DNA of 64,000 nt from Candidatus Babeliales bacterium (GTDB taxonomy: Bacteria > Babelota > Babeliae > Babelales > JANWKD01), in contig CAVRJO010000001.1 of assembly GCA_963722255.1 (NCBI GenBank), forward strand, positions 841,775 to 905,774, in the 5' to 3' direction. A program made the position numbers and the translations under genes. The notes beneath the pieces are model-generated. The model was not told the origin of the DNA, made no database searches, and was given only the letters and a program-made list of their open reading frames with translations. Of this stretch, positions 29,021 to 39,555 are shown piece by piece (positions within the stretch are counted from its first letter, which is position 1; each line of letters begins with the position of its first letter).

Positions 29021-29095
29021 GAGCTATCCTAGAATCAAAAATTTTTTAATAAGATTACGTAAATGTTAAGCTCATTAACTACTTATATAACAGCA

Positions 29096-29473
29096 TTATT
29101 CCCAAGGTGTAACATTCTTTTGAAGGGGAATGATTAAATCATATGTGGAAAGATCATATAAATTTTGTCCTTGAAGAAAGTAGTCTCCTTTAATGCGATA
29201 ATCATACCCATGCCCATTTATAATCAAGAGTGGTAAATTATCTTGAGTAAAAACCTGAAGAATATTTCCCTTTTGTGAGGATATTATTTTAAAGTCATTT
29301 CCATCATATTTTTCATCAAAATTATAATATATCCGACCACCTGTCATGCATATGCCGTTGCCAATGTTAAGACAAAAAATCGGTTTTTGCATACAAAAAA
29401 TTTGAGAGGTGCAAGAGGCAAAGATGAATGCTAAGATTAAACAGATTATTTGTTTGTTTTTTATAGTGTTCAT
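29096..29473 (-). CDS. Secreted hypothetical protein
   Basis: Signal peptide ending QIFC-MQK. Confidence 0.6.
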   Translation of the reverse strand: MNTIKNKQIICLILAFIFASCTSQIFCMQKPIFCLNIGNGICMTGGRIYYNFDEKYDGNDFKIISSQKGNILQVFTQDNLPLLIINGHGYDYRIKGDYFLQGQNLYDLSTYDLIIPLQKNVTPWE

Positions 29474-29554
29474 GCAATCTCACTTTATTCGAATTGGATG
29501 TTTATTGATGCATTAAAGTATAGAATATATCAGAAAAAAATTCTAGTTATACTA

Positions 29555-30286
29555 TTATGAGCAGAACAATCGAATATAATCTTGTTGTGTTTCTTTTACC
29601 ATTGTTGCAATGAAATTGATAAAATTAGAATCATCGCTATGAGCCTTTTCAAGAGCGTTAAAATAATCAGCGCGCATAATTGGCGGAATTATAGTAATGG
29701 TGTAACCATCTTGCAAAAGAGCTAAATTCATAAGAAGTCGTGCAACGCGACCATTTCCATCAATAAAAGGATGAATGAATACAAGTTTTTTATGTACTAA
29801 TGCCGCAAATTCTACGGGATGCATTTGTAAGCGAATCGTCCTGAGCTCATCGATAAAGTCATGCATAAGATTTGGCACATCTTCCGGAACGGGCAAGGGA
29901 TATTTCGAGCCGCTCAAGTATACTTTAACGCTGCGATATTTTCCTGCATTATGCTCATCAATTCTAAAATAAAAGAGATGGTGAAGCTGCTTTATAAGGG
30001 CTTCGGAAATTATTTTTTCTTTGAGATGATCTAATAAAAAGTCAAAAGCATCCGAATGACCAACGGCTTCAAAATGATCCAGCAATCATTTGCCGCCAAT
30101 AGTAATTCCTTCTTCAAGGACAACTTTAGTTTCAGACTCTGTTAAGGAGTTGCCCTCAAGAGCGTTGCTTGTGTATGTTAGACTAATTTTGTAATAATTC
30201 CACATTTGATTAAATGTTGGATCAAGTGGTCTAAACTCATCAATCTGTTTTTTTAGTGCATCAATTTGTTTAAAAATGGTTTTCAT
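29555..30286 (-). pseudogene. Fic-family protein interrupted by an in-frame TGA at 30086-30088
   Basis: SNALEGN in the 5' part; HPFIDGNGRVAR in the 3' part; both halves in one frame (GGK-TGA-LLDH). Confidence 0.85.
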
Positions 30287-30335
30287 TTAAAATAACCCTT
30301 TATTTTTATATTCTAGCGCCACTATGTACGTATCA

Positions 30336-31358
30336 TTAGAAAATATCAAGATATAGATCAGAGTAAAGTTCTTGTTCAGCTTTATAGTTGCCAACAAAAG
30401 CGATCATTGCAGCATTATCGGTGCAATAGTGTCGAGAGGGAGAATAAAATGCTAGGCCTCTCTTTAAACAAAAATCAGATAATGATTTCTTTAAATAGTT
30501 ATTCGATGCAACTCCACCAACAAAGGTAATTGCTTTAACAGCAGAATACTCTTTCAATGCTCGTGTAAGACGCGAAATGAAAATATCTTTAATGCACACA
30601 TGCAGCGAGCTAGCAACCTGTTTTTGAAATTCACTATTTGGTAGTTCAGTAAAATTTTTTGTAGCAATATCATAAAATCCGCGTTTAACAAGATCATACA
30701 TGACCGAAGTTTTGAGTCCTGAAAAACTAAAATCTAACGTCTGAATATTGCCACGGGTATAATGAAAAAAATCTTGAAAATTGACCTCTTCTGCTAGCTT
30801 TTCAAGCAAAGGACCACCTGGATAGGGCAAATGCATCATCTTAGCAATTTTATCAAAAGCTTCTCCGGCTGCATCATCAAGTGTTGTTCCTAATACCGTA
30901 TACTCACCGAAATTATGCATGAGATACAAGGATGTATGTCCTCCTGATGCAGTAAGACAAAGATGAGGGAAAGGAACATTGTTCTCAATACAAGCAGAAA
31001 ATGCATGGCCTTCCAAATGATTGATTCCTATTATTTTTTTTTGTTTTGCAAATGCAAGTGCCTTTGCAAAGCTTAGTCCTACTAATAAAGACCCTGATAA
31101 TCCGGGTTTTGTTGTGACAGCAATGATATCAATATCATCTAATTTTTTTTTTGCTTTAGATAATGCCTCAGACACAATGCTATTAATTTTCTCAATGTGA
31201 GAACGTGATGCTATTTCCGGAACAACTCCGCCATATTGTTTAAGGAGCTCTGTTTGTGAAAACAGGACATTAGAAAGAACGCCAAGATGAGAATCATAAA
31301 TGCACGCTGCAACTTCATCACATGATGTTTCTATTCCGAGGGTGATTCTCTTTTTCAT
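30336..31358 (-). CDS. tsaD: tRNA N6-adenosine threonylcarbamoyltransferase
   Basis: LGIETSCDE, GGVVPEIASRSH, HLEGH, SGGHT, DDAAGEAFDK, FSFSGLKT, CTDNAAMI; ATG at 31358 overlaps the upstream TGA. Confidence 0.96.
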   Translation of the reverse strand: MKKRITLGIETSCDEVAACIYDSHLGVLSNVLFSQTELLKQYGGVVPEIASRSHIEKINSIVSEALSKAKKKLDDIDIIAVTTKPGLSGSLLVGLSFAKALAFAKQKKIIGINHLEGHAFSACIENNVPFPHLCLTASGGHTSLYLMHNFGEYTVLGTTLDDAAGEAFDKIAKMMHLPYPGGPLLEKLAEEVNFQDFFHYTRGNIQTLDFSFSGLKTSVMYDLVKRGFYDIATKNFTELPNSEFQKQVASSLHVCIKDIFISRLTRALKEYSAVKAITFVGGVASNNYLKKSLSDFCLKRGLAFYSPSRHYCTDNAAMIAFVGNYKAEQELYSDLYLDIF

Positions 31359-32110
31359 ATGCGTGTAGAATAATGGCTGCTTACATAACAATTCAAAGGA
31401 TCTCTTACGGAAATAATGCAATTTTGAGCATACGGTTTTGAAGTTTTCGTTACTTTTGTATGCAGGCAGCGTAAATCAATCGCGGCAAAAAGCATTTTGG
31501 TGCTTACATCGCTGAGTATTTTTTCATCAATTGCTTCATCAAAAACTATTTTTGGTAATTTAATGAAGATATCATCGGCTTTCCATTCTTCAGATTCTAT
31601 TTTATTTACAAAGGTAGGGTTTGTATAAAGTATTATAGTATCTTCAGGAATTGCACAAACGAGAACCGCGCCATTTTCATCATAACCGTTAAGTTCATCT
31701 ATTTTCCAATATTCAACATGTTCTGTTGTTAGAATAGGCTTATCATTGGTTGTTGTTGTTATAAGTTCTTTTATCTTTGACTCGCGAGTAAATCTAAACA
31801 AGCGGTATGGTGCTTCAGTTTCTAAAAATTTAAAGTCTGCAGATTCAGGGAATTTTATTTTTTCGGTAATTAAAAGATGAAATTGATTGCAATTATGATT
31901 TTCATATATTTCAAAAACGCCTTTTTTTGAAATATATGTGTCTTTATTAATTTTAGGAGTACAATCGGTTCCTTTATAGAACATAGGATATGGAGAGGGA
32001 TTTTCTATTTTTGAAGGAAATTGTATGGTGCCTAAAAAGACCGATTGAGTTGCATAATTCATTGAATATGTAAATAAGGCTATTGTCAAAAATTTATAGA
32101 GTAAGTTCAT
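31355..32110 (-). CDS. Secreted or periplasmic hypothetical protein
   Basis: GAGG RBS; signal peptide; translationally coupled to tsaD. Confidence 0.65.
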   Translation of the reverse strand: MNLLYKFLTIALFTYSMNYATQSVFLGTIQFPSKIENPSPYPMFYKGTDCTPKINKDTYISKKGVFEIYENHNCNQFHLLITEKIKFPESADFKFLETEAPYRLFRFTRESKIKELITTTTNDKPILTTEHVEYWKIDELNGYDENGAVLVCAIPEDTIILYTNPTFVNKIESEEWKADDIFIKLPKIVFDEAIDEKILSDVSTKMLFAAIDLRCLHTKVTKTSKPYAQNCIISVRDPLNCYVSSHYSTRI

Positions 32111-32243
32111 AGCTTTACCTCACCATTGTATACTTTTTTAAATAAACACTTAATGATAGAATAGCGTAAAGAATCTATTTTTTCAAAAATTTGTGTGAGA
32201 TGGATGAAGGAGATATGATGGTATCTATTTTTAAGGAGATTTC

Positions 32244-33476
32244 ATGAAATCATTACAAGCAGTTGATCCATCCATTCAAGCATTGATCAATCAAGAACTA
32301 GATCGTCAAGAGGCAACTATCGATCTTATTGCATCAGAAAATTATGCAGACGCCGCAGTATTGGGAGCTTTGGCTTCCGTATTTACCAATAAATATGCAG
32401 AAGGATATCCCGGTAAACGCTATTACAGTGGTTGTTCAATAAGCGATGAAGTTGAATTATTGGCGCAGGCCCGGTGCAAACAACTTTTTGGCGCAGAGCA
32501 TGTGAATGTTCAACCGCATGCAGGCTCCCCTGCAAATTTGGCGGTCTATTTTTCTGTTTTGAAACCCGGTGATTTAATTATGGGTATGAGTTTAGCAGAA
32601 GGTGGTCATTTAACCCATGGGCATTCAGTAAATTTTTCGGGTACGATTTATAAATCTGTTTCATATACAGTAAATCCTGAAACTGAAGAGCTTGATTATG
32701 ATGAAATTCATAAACTGGCTCATGCTCATAAACCAAAATTATTGATCGCTGGAGCTTCAGCCTATTCAAAAGCAATTGATTTTACTCGTTTTGCAGCAAT
32801 TGCTGAAGATGTAGGGGCCTTGTTTATGGCAGATATTGCTCATATAGCGGGTCTTATTGCTGCCGGTCTTCATCAATCTCCAGTTCCATTTGCTGATTTT
32901 ATTACGAGCACGACGCATAAAACATTACGAGGTCCTCGTGGTGGATTAATTATGTGTAAACGGCAATATGCAGAAATAGTTGATAAAGCGATTATGCCCG
33001 GTATTCAAGGTGGTCCTTTTATAAATGTTATTGCAGCAAAAGCAGTTGCTTTTGAGCAAGCGCTAAAACCTGAGTTTAAACTTTATCAAGAGCAGGTTAT
33101 TGCAAATGCACGAAGAATGGCCATTCTGTTTCAGGAACGAGGATATAGAATTGTTGCTAACGGGACAGATAATCATCTATTTATAATAGATTTGCGCAAC
33201 CAGCAGATTACCGGTAGGGCTGCTGAGATTGCTTTGGAAAAAGCAGGAATCAATGTAAGTAGAAGTTGTATCCCCTTCGATCCGGCAAAACCTTGGATAA
33301 CCAGCGGTATACGTTTAGGAACGCCGGCAATTACTACGCGAGGTATGAGTGGGCAAGAGGTTGCACAGATCGTGGATTTTATAGATGAGGCTTTGCGAAA
33401 TCACAGTAATGATCGACGACTTGGTGCTTTGAAAGATGAAGTAACCCTTTTTTGTAAAAAATTTCCCATTTATTAA
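32244..33476 (+). CDS. glyA: Serine hydroxymethyltransferase
   Basis: LIASEN, NKYAEGYPGKRYY, GGHLTHG, TTHKTLRGPRGG, SGIRLGTPAITTRG. Confidence 0.98.
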   Translation: MKSLQAVDPSIQALINQELDRQEATIDLIASENYADAAVLGALASVFTNKYAEGYPGKRYYSGCSISDEVELLAQARCKQLFGAEHVNVQPHAGSPANLAVYFSVLKPGDLIMGMSLAEGGHLTHGHSVNFSGTIYKSVSYTVNPETEELDYDEIHKLAHAHKPKLLIAGASAYSKAIDFTRFAAIAEDVGALFMADIAHIAGLIAAGLHQSPVPFADFITSTTHKTLRGPRGGLIMCKRQYAEIVDKAIMPGIQGGPFINVIAAKAVAFEQALKPEFKLYQEQVIANARRMAILFQERGYRIVANGTDNHLFIIDLRNQQITGRAAEIALEKAGINVSRSCIPFDPAKPWITSGIRLGTPAITTRGMSGQEVAQIVDFIDEALRNHSNDRRLGALKDEVTLFCKKFPIY

Positions 33477-33550
33477 ATTCGTCTCTTTATAGTTGTTAAT
33501 TGGTTTAAGTAAACTTGTTTAGAAGAAGCATATTTAATAAGGGGATTATT

Positions 33551-33886
33551 ATGAAGTGGCTTATTATTTTTATTATGGGGATCAGTCTTTTTTGGCAGAT
33601 TAAATTGTTGCCCATGGAAAGCAAAGTGGTTGAGAACGGAGATTCTGAGGCAGAGAGATTTAAACAAATAAAAATAAGAAAACTATCGGGTTTCGATGCC
33701 CTTCGTGATTATAAACCAACATCTCCTCGAACAGCGGCATTCTTTAGCCCTAATTCTCCAAGGGCAGAAGGAAAAGCTTGTTGTTTATGGGATGATTCAT
33801 GTAACTGTTTTTTTTATTACTGTTTGTGCATGCCCCTTTGTTATATGTGTTGTCAAAGTGGGAATGATTCATATAACTCGATGTAA
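33551..33886 (+). CDS. Secreted protein with a C-terminal cysteine string
   Basis: Signal peptide then MES; CCLWDDSCNCFFYYCLCMPLCYMCC. Confidence 0.7.
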   Translation: MKWLIIFIMGISLFWQIKLLPMESKVVENGDSEAERFKQIKIRKLSGFDALRDYKPTSPRTAAFFSPNSPRAEGKACCLWDDSCNCFFYYCLCMPLCYMCCQSGNDSYNSM

Positions 33887-33903
33887 AAATCAGCTAAAAT
33901 ACA

Positions 33904-33942
33904 AAACGGATGAAATAAGTAAAAAACCTATTTCATCCGTTT
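33904..33942. terminator. Bidirectional intrinsic terminator
   Basis: AAACGGATGAAATA...TATTTCATCCGTTT perfect 14-bp stem between convergent genes. Confidence 0.8.
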
Positions 33943-33961
33943 AAAACTTAAAAAGATCTAA

Positions 33962-34312
33962 TTAAAATCTTTTTGGTCTTGGAGAGCCCCAGCCACCGCC
34001 GCCGTTTCCGCCGCGGCTACCGCCTCTGTCGCCACCAAAACGATCACCACCTGGACGAGGTCCACGCGCTTCAGGTGCACGTGCTTCATTTACTCGTAGG
34101 GTTTGTCTGTCTAGTTCATAGCCGTTAAGTTCAGCTATTGCTTGTTGAGCTTCCGCTGGATTAGGCATATCAACGAAACCAAATCCGCGCTTTTCACCGG
34201 TAAATTTGTCAATAATAATCTTAACTGAAGTAACTTCGCCTTTTTCAGCAAACAACTGTCTCAATTGATCTTCTGTAACCGTACGTGCGAGGTTACCAAC
34301 ATAAATATTCAT
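33962..34312 (-). CDS. RRM RNA-binding protein with Gly/Arg-rich tail
   Basis: RNP2 IYVGNL, RNP1 RGFGFVDM, LRVNEA, RGG tail. Confidence 0.93.
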   Translation of the reverse strand: MNIYVGNLARTVTEDQLRQLFAEKGEVTSVKIIIDKFTGEKRGFGFVDMPNPAEAQQAIAELNGYELDRQTLRVNEARAPEARGPRPGGDRFGGDRGGSRGGNGGGGWGSPRPKRF

Positions 34313-34525
34313 CGTATATTAAACTCATAAAAAAAATAAAAAAATAAAAACTCAACAACTTACTATTAACCCTAGAGTAACCACCTTTCGTTAAGATTAA
34401 TGGATTTATATAATATAATGAAGCATACAGCATATTTTTAAAATTGTCTAAGGCTTTTGGTTTTCTCCGTAGTTCGCCTGAAGGGCCTCTTTTTAAGGGT
34501 TTCCTAGTAAATAAGTCCCGAACCC

Positions 34526-35182
34526 TTATTTTTTAATAAAATCAAAGATGATAATCTCTTCTTGGTCCTCAGCGATTAAATAATGGAATGCATAAGCTGC
34601 TAGAATTGCACCAATACAACCGCCTAGTATATAGAGTACAAGATTTGACCATGAAAATGACATACCTGTAACTATTCCATACAGAACAGCGCCTATTGAA
34701 ATAGCCGGGTTAAAGAGTCCCCCTGAAATAGGTCCACCCAAAGCAGCAAGGGCTAAAATGACTAACCCTATAGCAAGACCAAAAATATCATTGCCTTTAT
34801 AGCGCTGAGATGTATTTACAACAAGAATCAATAATACAAAAACGAAAGTTAATAATATTTCCATGATGAGGGCCTGCATATAGGTAACATGAACGCCGGG
34901 TGCAGGTATAGTCATGTGGCCATGAATATAGGCAGTCATGGCAAATGCAGCAAATCCGCCTAGAATTTGAGCAGCGCAATAACGCAAGAATTCATTCCAA
35001 TCTAATTTTCCGCGTAAGACAACTCCAAGTGAAACTGCAGGATTGAAATGGCCGCCTGATACAAAATGAGCGATATATACCCAAGCCATAAGCATCGTTG
35101 CTATTGCAAATTGATCAAAGGTTAAGGCAATGGTAAGAACAAAAAAGAATGTTCCTAGAAATTCAGTAATTAGTTTTTTCAC
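34526..35182 (-). CDS. MIP-family aquaporin
   Basis: EFLGTF, SGGHFNPAVS, GGLFNPAIS; GTG start at 35182 after AGGGAG. Confidence 0.92.
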   Translation of the reverse strand: MKKLITEFLGTFFFVLTIALTFDQFAIATMLMAWVYIAHFVSGGHFNPAVSLGVVLRGKLDWNEFLRYCAAQILGGFAAFAMTAYIHGHMTIPAPGVHVTYMQALIMEILLTFVFVLLILVVNTSQRYKGNDIFGLAIGLVILALAALGGPISGGLFNPAISIGAVLYGIVTGMSFSWSNLVLYILGGCIGAILAAYAFHYLIAEDQEEIIIFDFIKK

Positions 35183-35258
35183 AATTTCTCCCTTTTTAGA
35201 AAAATTTGAATAAGAAGAATGACAACAAAAAAAAATTACTGTTATCACTTTCTATAAG

Positions 35259-36665
35259 TCAAGAATTCAATTTGTTTATTGCTTCAATCTTTTTATTAAT
35301 TTTTTCAACTAATTGAGCAGTAGTATGTAATGGTAATAATTGTAAAAGCGAACAATCTTTGAGATCTTCTAAAGCTTTTTTGTCAGTTTTTGAATGAGCA
35401 AATGCTATTGAGGCAAGTATACAAGGCAGAGTTGGGGACAGTTCATTTTCATAGGGAATACCTTGCTCGCATTTTTGCTTAAAAGTTCCGATTGTTTGAT
35501 TTAATGCTAATGAATAATAATATATTTTGGTCTTTAATATACCCTGTCCTGGAAATTTTTTACTTGGTTTGGCATGAGTGAACTGAACTATGGAATCTTC
35601 TAAAGACTCTAGTTTTTTATTATACAAGTTATACGCGGGTTGTTCGATTTTTTGGAAATTTTTATCAATATTAGAAAGCTCAATTGTTTTAACAATTTGC
35701 CATTTCTTTTCATTGTTATAAACATGGATTGTGATAGTGTTATTTGCATGATTTAAGACTGCAATAGTTTTTGCATCTAAGGAAGGTTTTAGATTTGCTT
35801 TTGCAGTATCTATTTTGCTGATTGATGTTATGTCAAATTTGTTATCGTTGTTGCAAAAAAAGTATTCATCCTCAGTTGTAACAATGAAATTATGAGTATC
35901 AAGGATCAAAACTGTTCTTATGGGTTTATCAAATGTATATTCAATACTAGATTGTTGAAGAGTGGTGGAAATTATTGTTAAATACTTGCCACTTGAAAAG
36001 AGACAGATATTTTCATCTAAAAAATTTATTGTTTTCAAGGAAGAATCAGGATCAGTTTTAAAGCTAATTGATGAGTGTTCGCTCCACACATCACTCTTAT
36101 TTTGGAAAATCTGCATTACGCTATTTTTGCACGCAACAGCTAAATAGTTTTGTTTAGGAGAAAATTTAGTTTCGAAGATATGACCTACAGTGGTAAATGA
36201 TGAGATTCCAACACTAGGGTGATATGGAGCTGCAATACATAATAAGGGTGTAAGGGCAGAAAACAGAGAAATCACAGCGAATTTTGTGTGACTCTCAGCT
36301 AGTGGACTTGGCTTTTTTCTATACTCAACTTTCCATCCTTGTGAATGACAAAGGTAAAAAAGATGTTGTGCAATAAAAGGCTTTAAGTCTTCTGTGCATG
36401 GTTCTAGGAGTTTGTTCAATTGATCACGTTTTTCATTAAGGTTGTATCCATTGATAGTTGCATATAGGGGTAACAAACTTTTAGCAAATTGTCTTCTTGC
36501 AATATCACATAATGATGCTGTTCCGTACCCATTGGTACAAGAATTATAATTTAAATTATAACTTTCTTGAGCTGATTCATCGATGCCGGTTTGTTTCATA
36601 GGGAGGATTGTTGAATTGATAAATAATGTGCAAAAGAGTGAAGAGAGCAGCAAGCTGTTTTTCAT
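35259..36665 (-). CDS. Secreted protein with probable beta-propeller (WD40-like) region
   Basis: Signal peptide then MKQ; FSPKQNYLAVA and SLDAKTIAV blade-like segments. Confidence 0.55.
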   Translation of the reverse strand: MKNSLLLSSLFCTLFINSTILPMKQTGIDESAQESYNLNYNSCTNGYGTASLCDIARRQFAKSLLPLYATINGYNLNEKRDQLNKLLEPCTEDLKPFIAQHLFYLCHSQGWKVEYRKKPSPLAESHTKFAVISLFSALTPLLCIAAPYHPSVGISSFTTVGHIFETKFSPKQNYLAVACKNSVMQIFQNKSDVWSEHSSISFKTDPDSSLKTINFLDENICLFSSGKYLTIISTTLQQSSIEYTFDKPIRTVLILDTHNFIVTTEDEYFFCNNDNKFDITSISKIDTAKANLKPSLDAKTIAVLNHANNTITIHVYNNEKKWQIVKTIELSNIDKNFQKIEQPAYNLYNKKLESLEDSIVQFTHAKPSKKFPGQGILKTKIYYYSLALNQTIGTFKQKCEQGIPYENELSPTLPCILASIAFAHSKTDKKALEDLKDCSLLQLLPLHTTAQLVEKINKKIEAINKLNS

Positions 36666-36697
36666 GTTTATGCCTTTTTTTTATGTATGCATCTATC

Positions 36698-39481
36698 TTA
36701 CTCTAATTCATCTTGATTGACGAGATTTTCGTGTAACTGATCTTCATTTTCTTTATGATCATAAATTTCTATTTTATAAGCTTTCAAACGTCGATTGATT
36801 GATGATCTATTAACGCCTAAAAATGCCGCAACTTTATTTTGATTATGATCAAACTTTTCCATGAGCATCACTAATCGTTTAGGATCCCTCAAGGCATTTT
36901 TACCTAATCGAGCAGCTTCTGCCAAATCTGGATCTGCAATATGAGAGGCTGGATCAAAAGTGACATTATGGTAGATTTCGTTCTTTTTAGATTTTTCGAC
37001 CAGAATCTGATTAATTTTTTTTCTTAAGCCACACATGCTCAGAGAACGAGTTTTCATTAATTGCTCTTTATCACGCGATGTAAATTCAAGAAGATTCTGA
37101 AAATCATTTGCATTGCTCATTTCTTGTTGACTAAATTCTTTAATCAGTTCATCAAGCTCTTCTTGTGTTAAATTGAACAATGATGGCATCATCACAACAG
37201 TTTTGTGTAGTTCATCATACAAAGCTTTTGAAAATTTCTCTTCATTTACGAGAGTTTCTAGATTTTGGCTTGTTGAAAATATAACACGCACGTCAGCAGA
37301 AACACGTTTATTACTCTTACAAACGGTATAATAACCATATTTAAAAAATTCTGCTAATGCCTCCTGAGTACTCATTTCAAGTAGGTGAACATTTTGAATA
37401 AAAAGGGTACCGCTTGGATTAAGTTGCTCTAAAAGTGCTTGATCGAAATTTCCAAAAAGCGGACTTACACCAAAAAGTTTTATTGCAATAGCACCATTTT
37501 TTTCATGAGAATTCATGGTTAATTTATGCATTTTTTCACGCAAACTAATATGGTGGAGTATTTCTGCAGTAGGCTCTAAATCATCCTCAGGCAGATCGAG
37601 CAAAACTGCTTTTTTACTAAGCGCAGCTTTAAGAAGTTCGATTTTGAAATTAAGTAAAGGAACGCTTGAGCCTGGAATCAGACGGTTAATTAATTTACCT
37701 GATTGTGTTGTTTGTAAGTAGAGTAAATATTCCCATTCGGATGGATTACGAAGAATATGTGATTGCAATTTTAAAACATCTGAAATCTCAGGATATGCAA
37801 CGGTGATAATAGTATTGTTTTTTTCTAAATGTGGTAATGCTGTTATTATGAGAGAGTTTCCCTTTGCATCCTGCGCGGTTGTTGATTGGCTGGTTTTGAA
37901 CTCTTCAGCTTGTTTAACAATCCGTTTTATAGATTTGGTTAAGGGGTGACCATCAAGCATATTTATATTAATAGGTATGAGTTCTTTAGATGCTTGATTA
38001 CCAAAAGTAAAATGATGACTTTTGTAAAAGAGTATACCGGTTTGCCGTTGTTTATTATCTCGCAAGAATGATTGAATACTTTCCTTAAATTGAGAATTTT
38101 CATGGTTAGTTTGATAAAGCCGTTCTTGTAAAATTTTATTTTGACTGAGCAGATCTTTGTAATTATTAAGTTGAAGAAGTGTTATTATATGGCCTAAATA
38201 ACTTCCCATAATAAGCATCTGATCGTGCTCTAAATTACTAAAAAGCTCCTGTGCTCTTCGCGATGATGAAGCGATTATGATATATGCGATTAAATTGTTT
38301 TGTTCATAAATTGGTAAAAAAACATCAGCACGAATTTCATTCATAAAATCAAGGATCTCTTTATGAAGAGCCTCTTTTTGATAAAAATTGGTGAACTCTA
38401 TTTCATCATAGAGCAAAATTTGTTGCATACGCATATATTCAAGAAGTTTTTCATGCTTTAGACCATTATTTATTAAACGTTCAACAGCAGCCTCTTCCTG
38501 TGATAATATTTGAGGTTCACGCCTTGTAAGATGTGAGCTTTCGAATGCGATTTGTCTATAATAGATGGCAACTCTATTTGGATCTATGGATAAGGATTCT
38601 CTAAAAAATGTTTTGATTATGTAGTTGATTTCATTAAGGCTTTTTGCCTGTGTAATTGAAGCTAAAAAGTTTTTAAAATGATCAATAAATTTAAATTTTT
38701 GTGGCGATTGTATATTTTTTGAAAAATTTAAAAAACGTAGCTTCATTATTTTACTGATCGAAAAATAGATAGCCCAAGCCAAAAATGAGTTTGAAAGGCC
38801 GATGATTAAATATAATTGTTTATAATAAATTGAAAAATAATCCATAAATTGAGTGATGAGATAAGGAAAGATTAAATATTTTACAAGTATTGATATTTGT
38901 TTTTTTAATATTTTTGGAAATGTATTTTTTTTAATGATTCTGATAGTAAAGTAAAGGCTTGGAAGAACAAGCAAAAATGGTGCAATTAATGCTCCAGTGC
39001 GAATTATTGTTTGTTCTAAGATTCGTTCCTTGGGATCGACCGTATTGAAATGCATAAATGCAATATAAACAAAATAGCTTATCCAAGGGGTTCCAAGATA
39101 AATAAAAAACTTTTGTCGGAATTTGAAAATATAATTTTTTTCACAAAGGCTTTCAATAAAAAATCCTAAAGCTAAAAACAAAATATAATTAATCGCCCAC
39201 GCTATACGAATAATAAATAAAGCTGTTTTATAATCTATACCAAATAAGTGTGTTGCTAGAAAAAGACCGGCTACCCAGGAAAAATCTACAATTAAGCTGC
39301 ATGTTAATACGGTAAGTAATAGTAAGAGTTGTTTTTGGATTTTAGCCGATTTGACTGCAGTTGCTGTTAGAAAAATGAGTAAATAAATTTTAATTGTGCA
39401 TGATAAAACTTCAATAAGCAGCAAAAGATAAGGGCTTTGCAACATCAGATTAAAATATTTATAAAACATCATTTTATCCAA
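36698..39481 (-). CDS. Multi-pass membrane regulator: TM sensor, GAF-like, degenerate sigma54-activator AAA, Fis-type HTH
   Basis: About 7 TM in the first 245 aa; LPIY..LIAYII GAF-like strand; GTLFIQNV and DVRVIFST; HTH NQNKVAAFLGVNRSSINRR. Confidence 0.78.
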   Translation of the reverse strand: MDKMMFYKYFNLMLQSPYLLLLIEVLSCTIKIYLLIFLTATAVKSAKIQKQLLLLLTVLTCSLIVDFSWVAGLFLATHLFGIDYKTALFIIRIAWAINYILFLALGFFIESLCEKNYIFKFRQKFFIYLGTPWISYFVYIAFMHFNTVDPKERILEQTIIRTGALIAPFLLVLPSLYFTIRIIKKNTFPKILKKQISILVKYLIFPYLITQFMDYFSIYYKQLYLIIGLSNSFLAWAIYFSISKIMKLRFLNFSKNIQSPQKFKFIDHFKNFLASITQAKSLNEINYIIKTFFRESLSIDPNRVAIYYRQIAFESSHLTRREPQILSQEEAAVERLINNGLKHEKLLEYMRMQQILLYDEIEFTNFYQKEALHKEILDFMNEIRADVFLPIYEQNNLIAYIIIASSSRRAQELFSNLEHDQMLIMGSYLGHIITLLQLNNYKDLLSQNKILQERLYQTNHENSQFKESIQSFLRDNKQRQTGILFYKSHHFTFGNQASKELIPININMLDGHPLTKSIKRIVKQAEEFKTSQSTTAQDAKGNSLIITALPHLEKNNTIITVAYPEISDVLKLQSHILRNPSEWEYLLYLQTTQSGKLINRLIPGSSVPLLNFKIELLKAALSKKAVLLDLPEDDLEPTAEILHHISLREKMHKLTMNSHEKNGAIAIKLFGVSPLFGNFDQALLEQLNPSGTLFIQNVHLLEMSTQEALAEFFKYGYYTVCKSNKRVSADVRVIFSTSQNLETLVNEEKFSKALYDELHKTVVMMPSLFNLTQEELDELIKEFSQQEMSNANDFQNLLEFTSRDKEQLMKTRSLSMCGLRKKINQILVEKSKKNEIYHNVTFDPASHIADPDLAEAARLGKNALRDPKRLVMLMEKFDHNQNKVAAFLGVNRSSINRRLKAYKIEIYDHKENEDQLHENLVNQDELE

Positions 39482-39555
39482 TTCTTGAAATTAGGTCATA
39501 CAAGACCTATAATGGCAGTAGTTAATTTCTTTTTTTTATATAAGAGGGTATAATT

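Noticed and set aside
30086..30088. TGA recoding (genetic code 4 or 25) to explain the Fic stop
   Set aside because: TGA is a normal stop elsewhere (nfo; ATGA overlaps at 8765, 15244, 16875, 31355) and conserved genes have no internal TGA.
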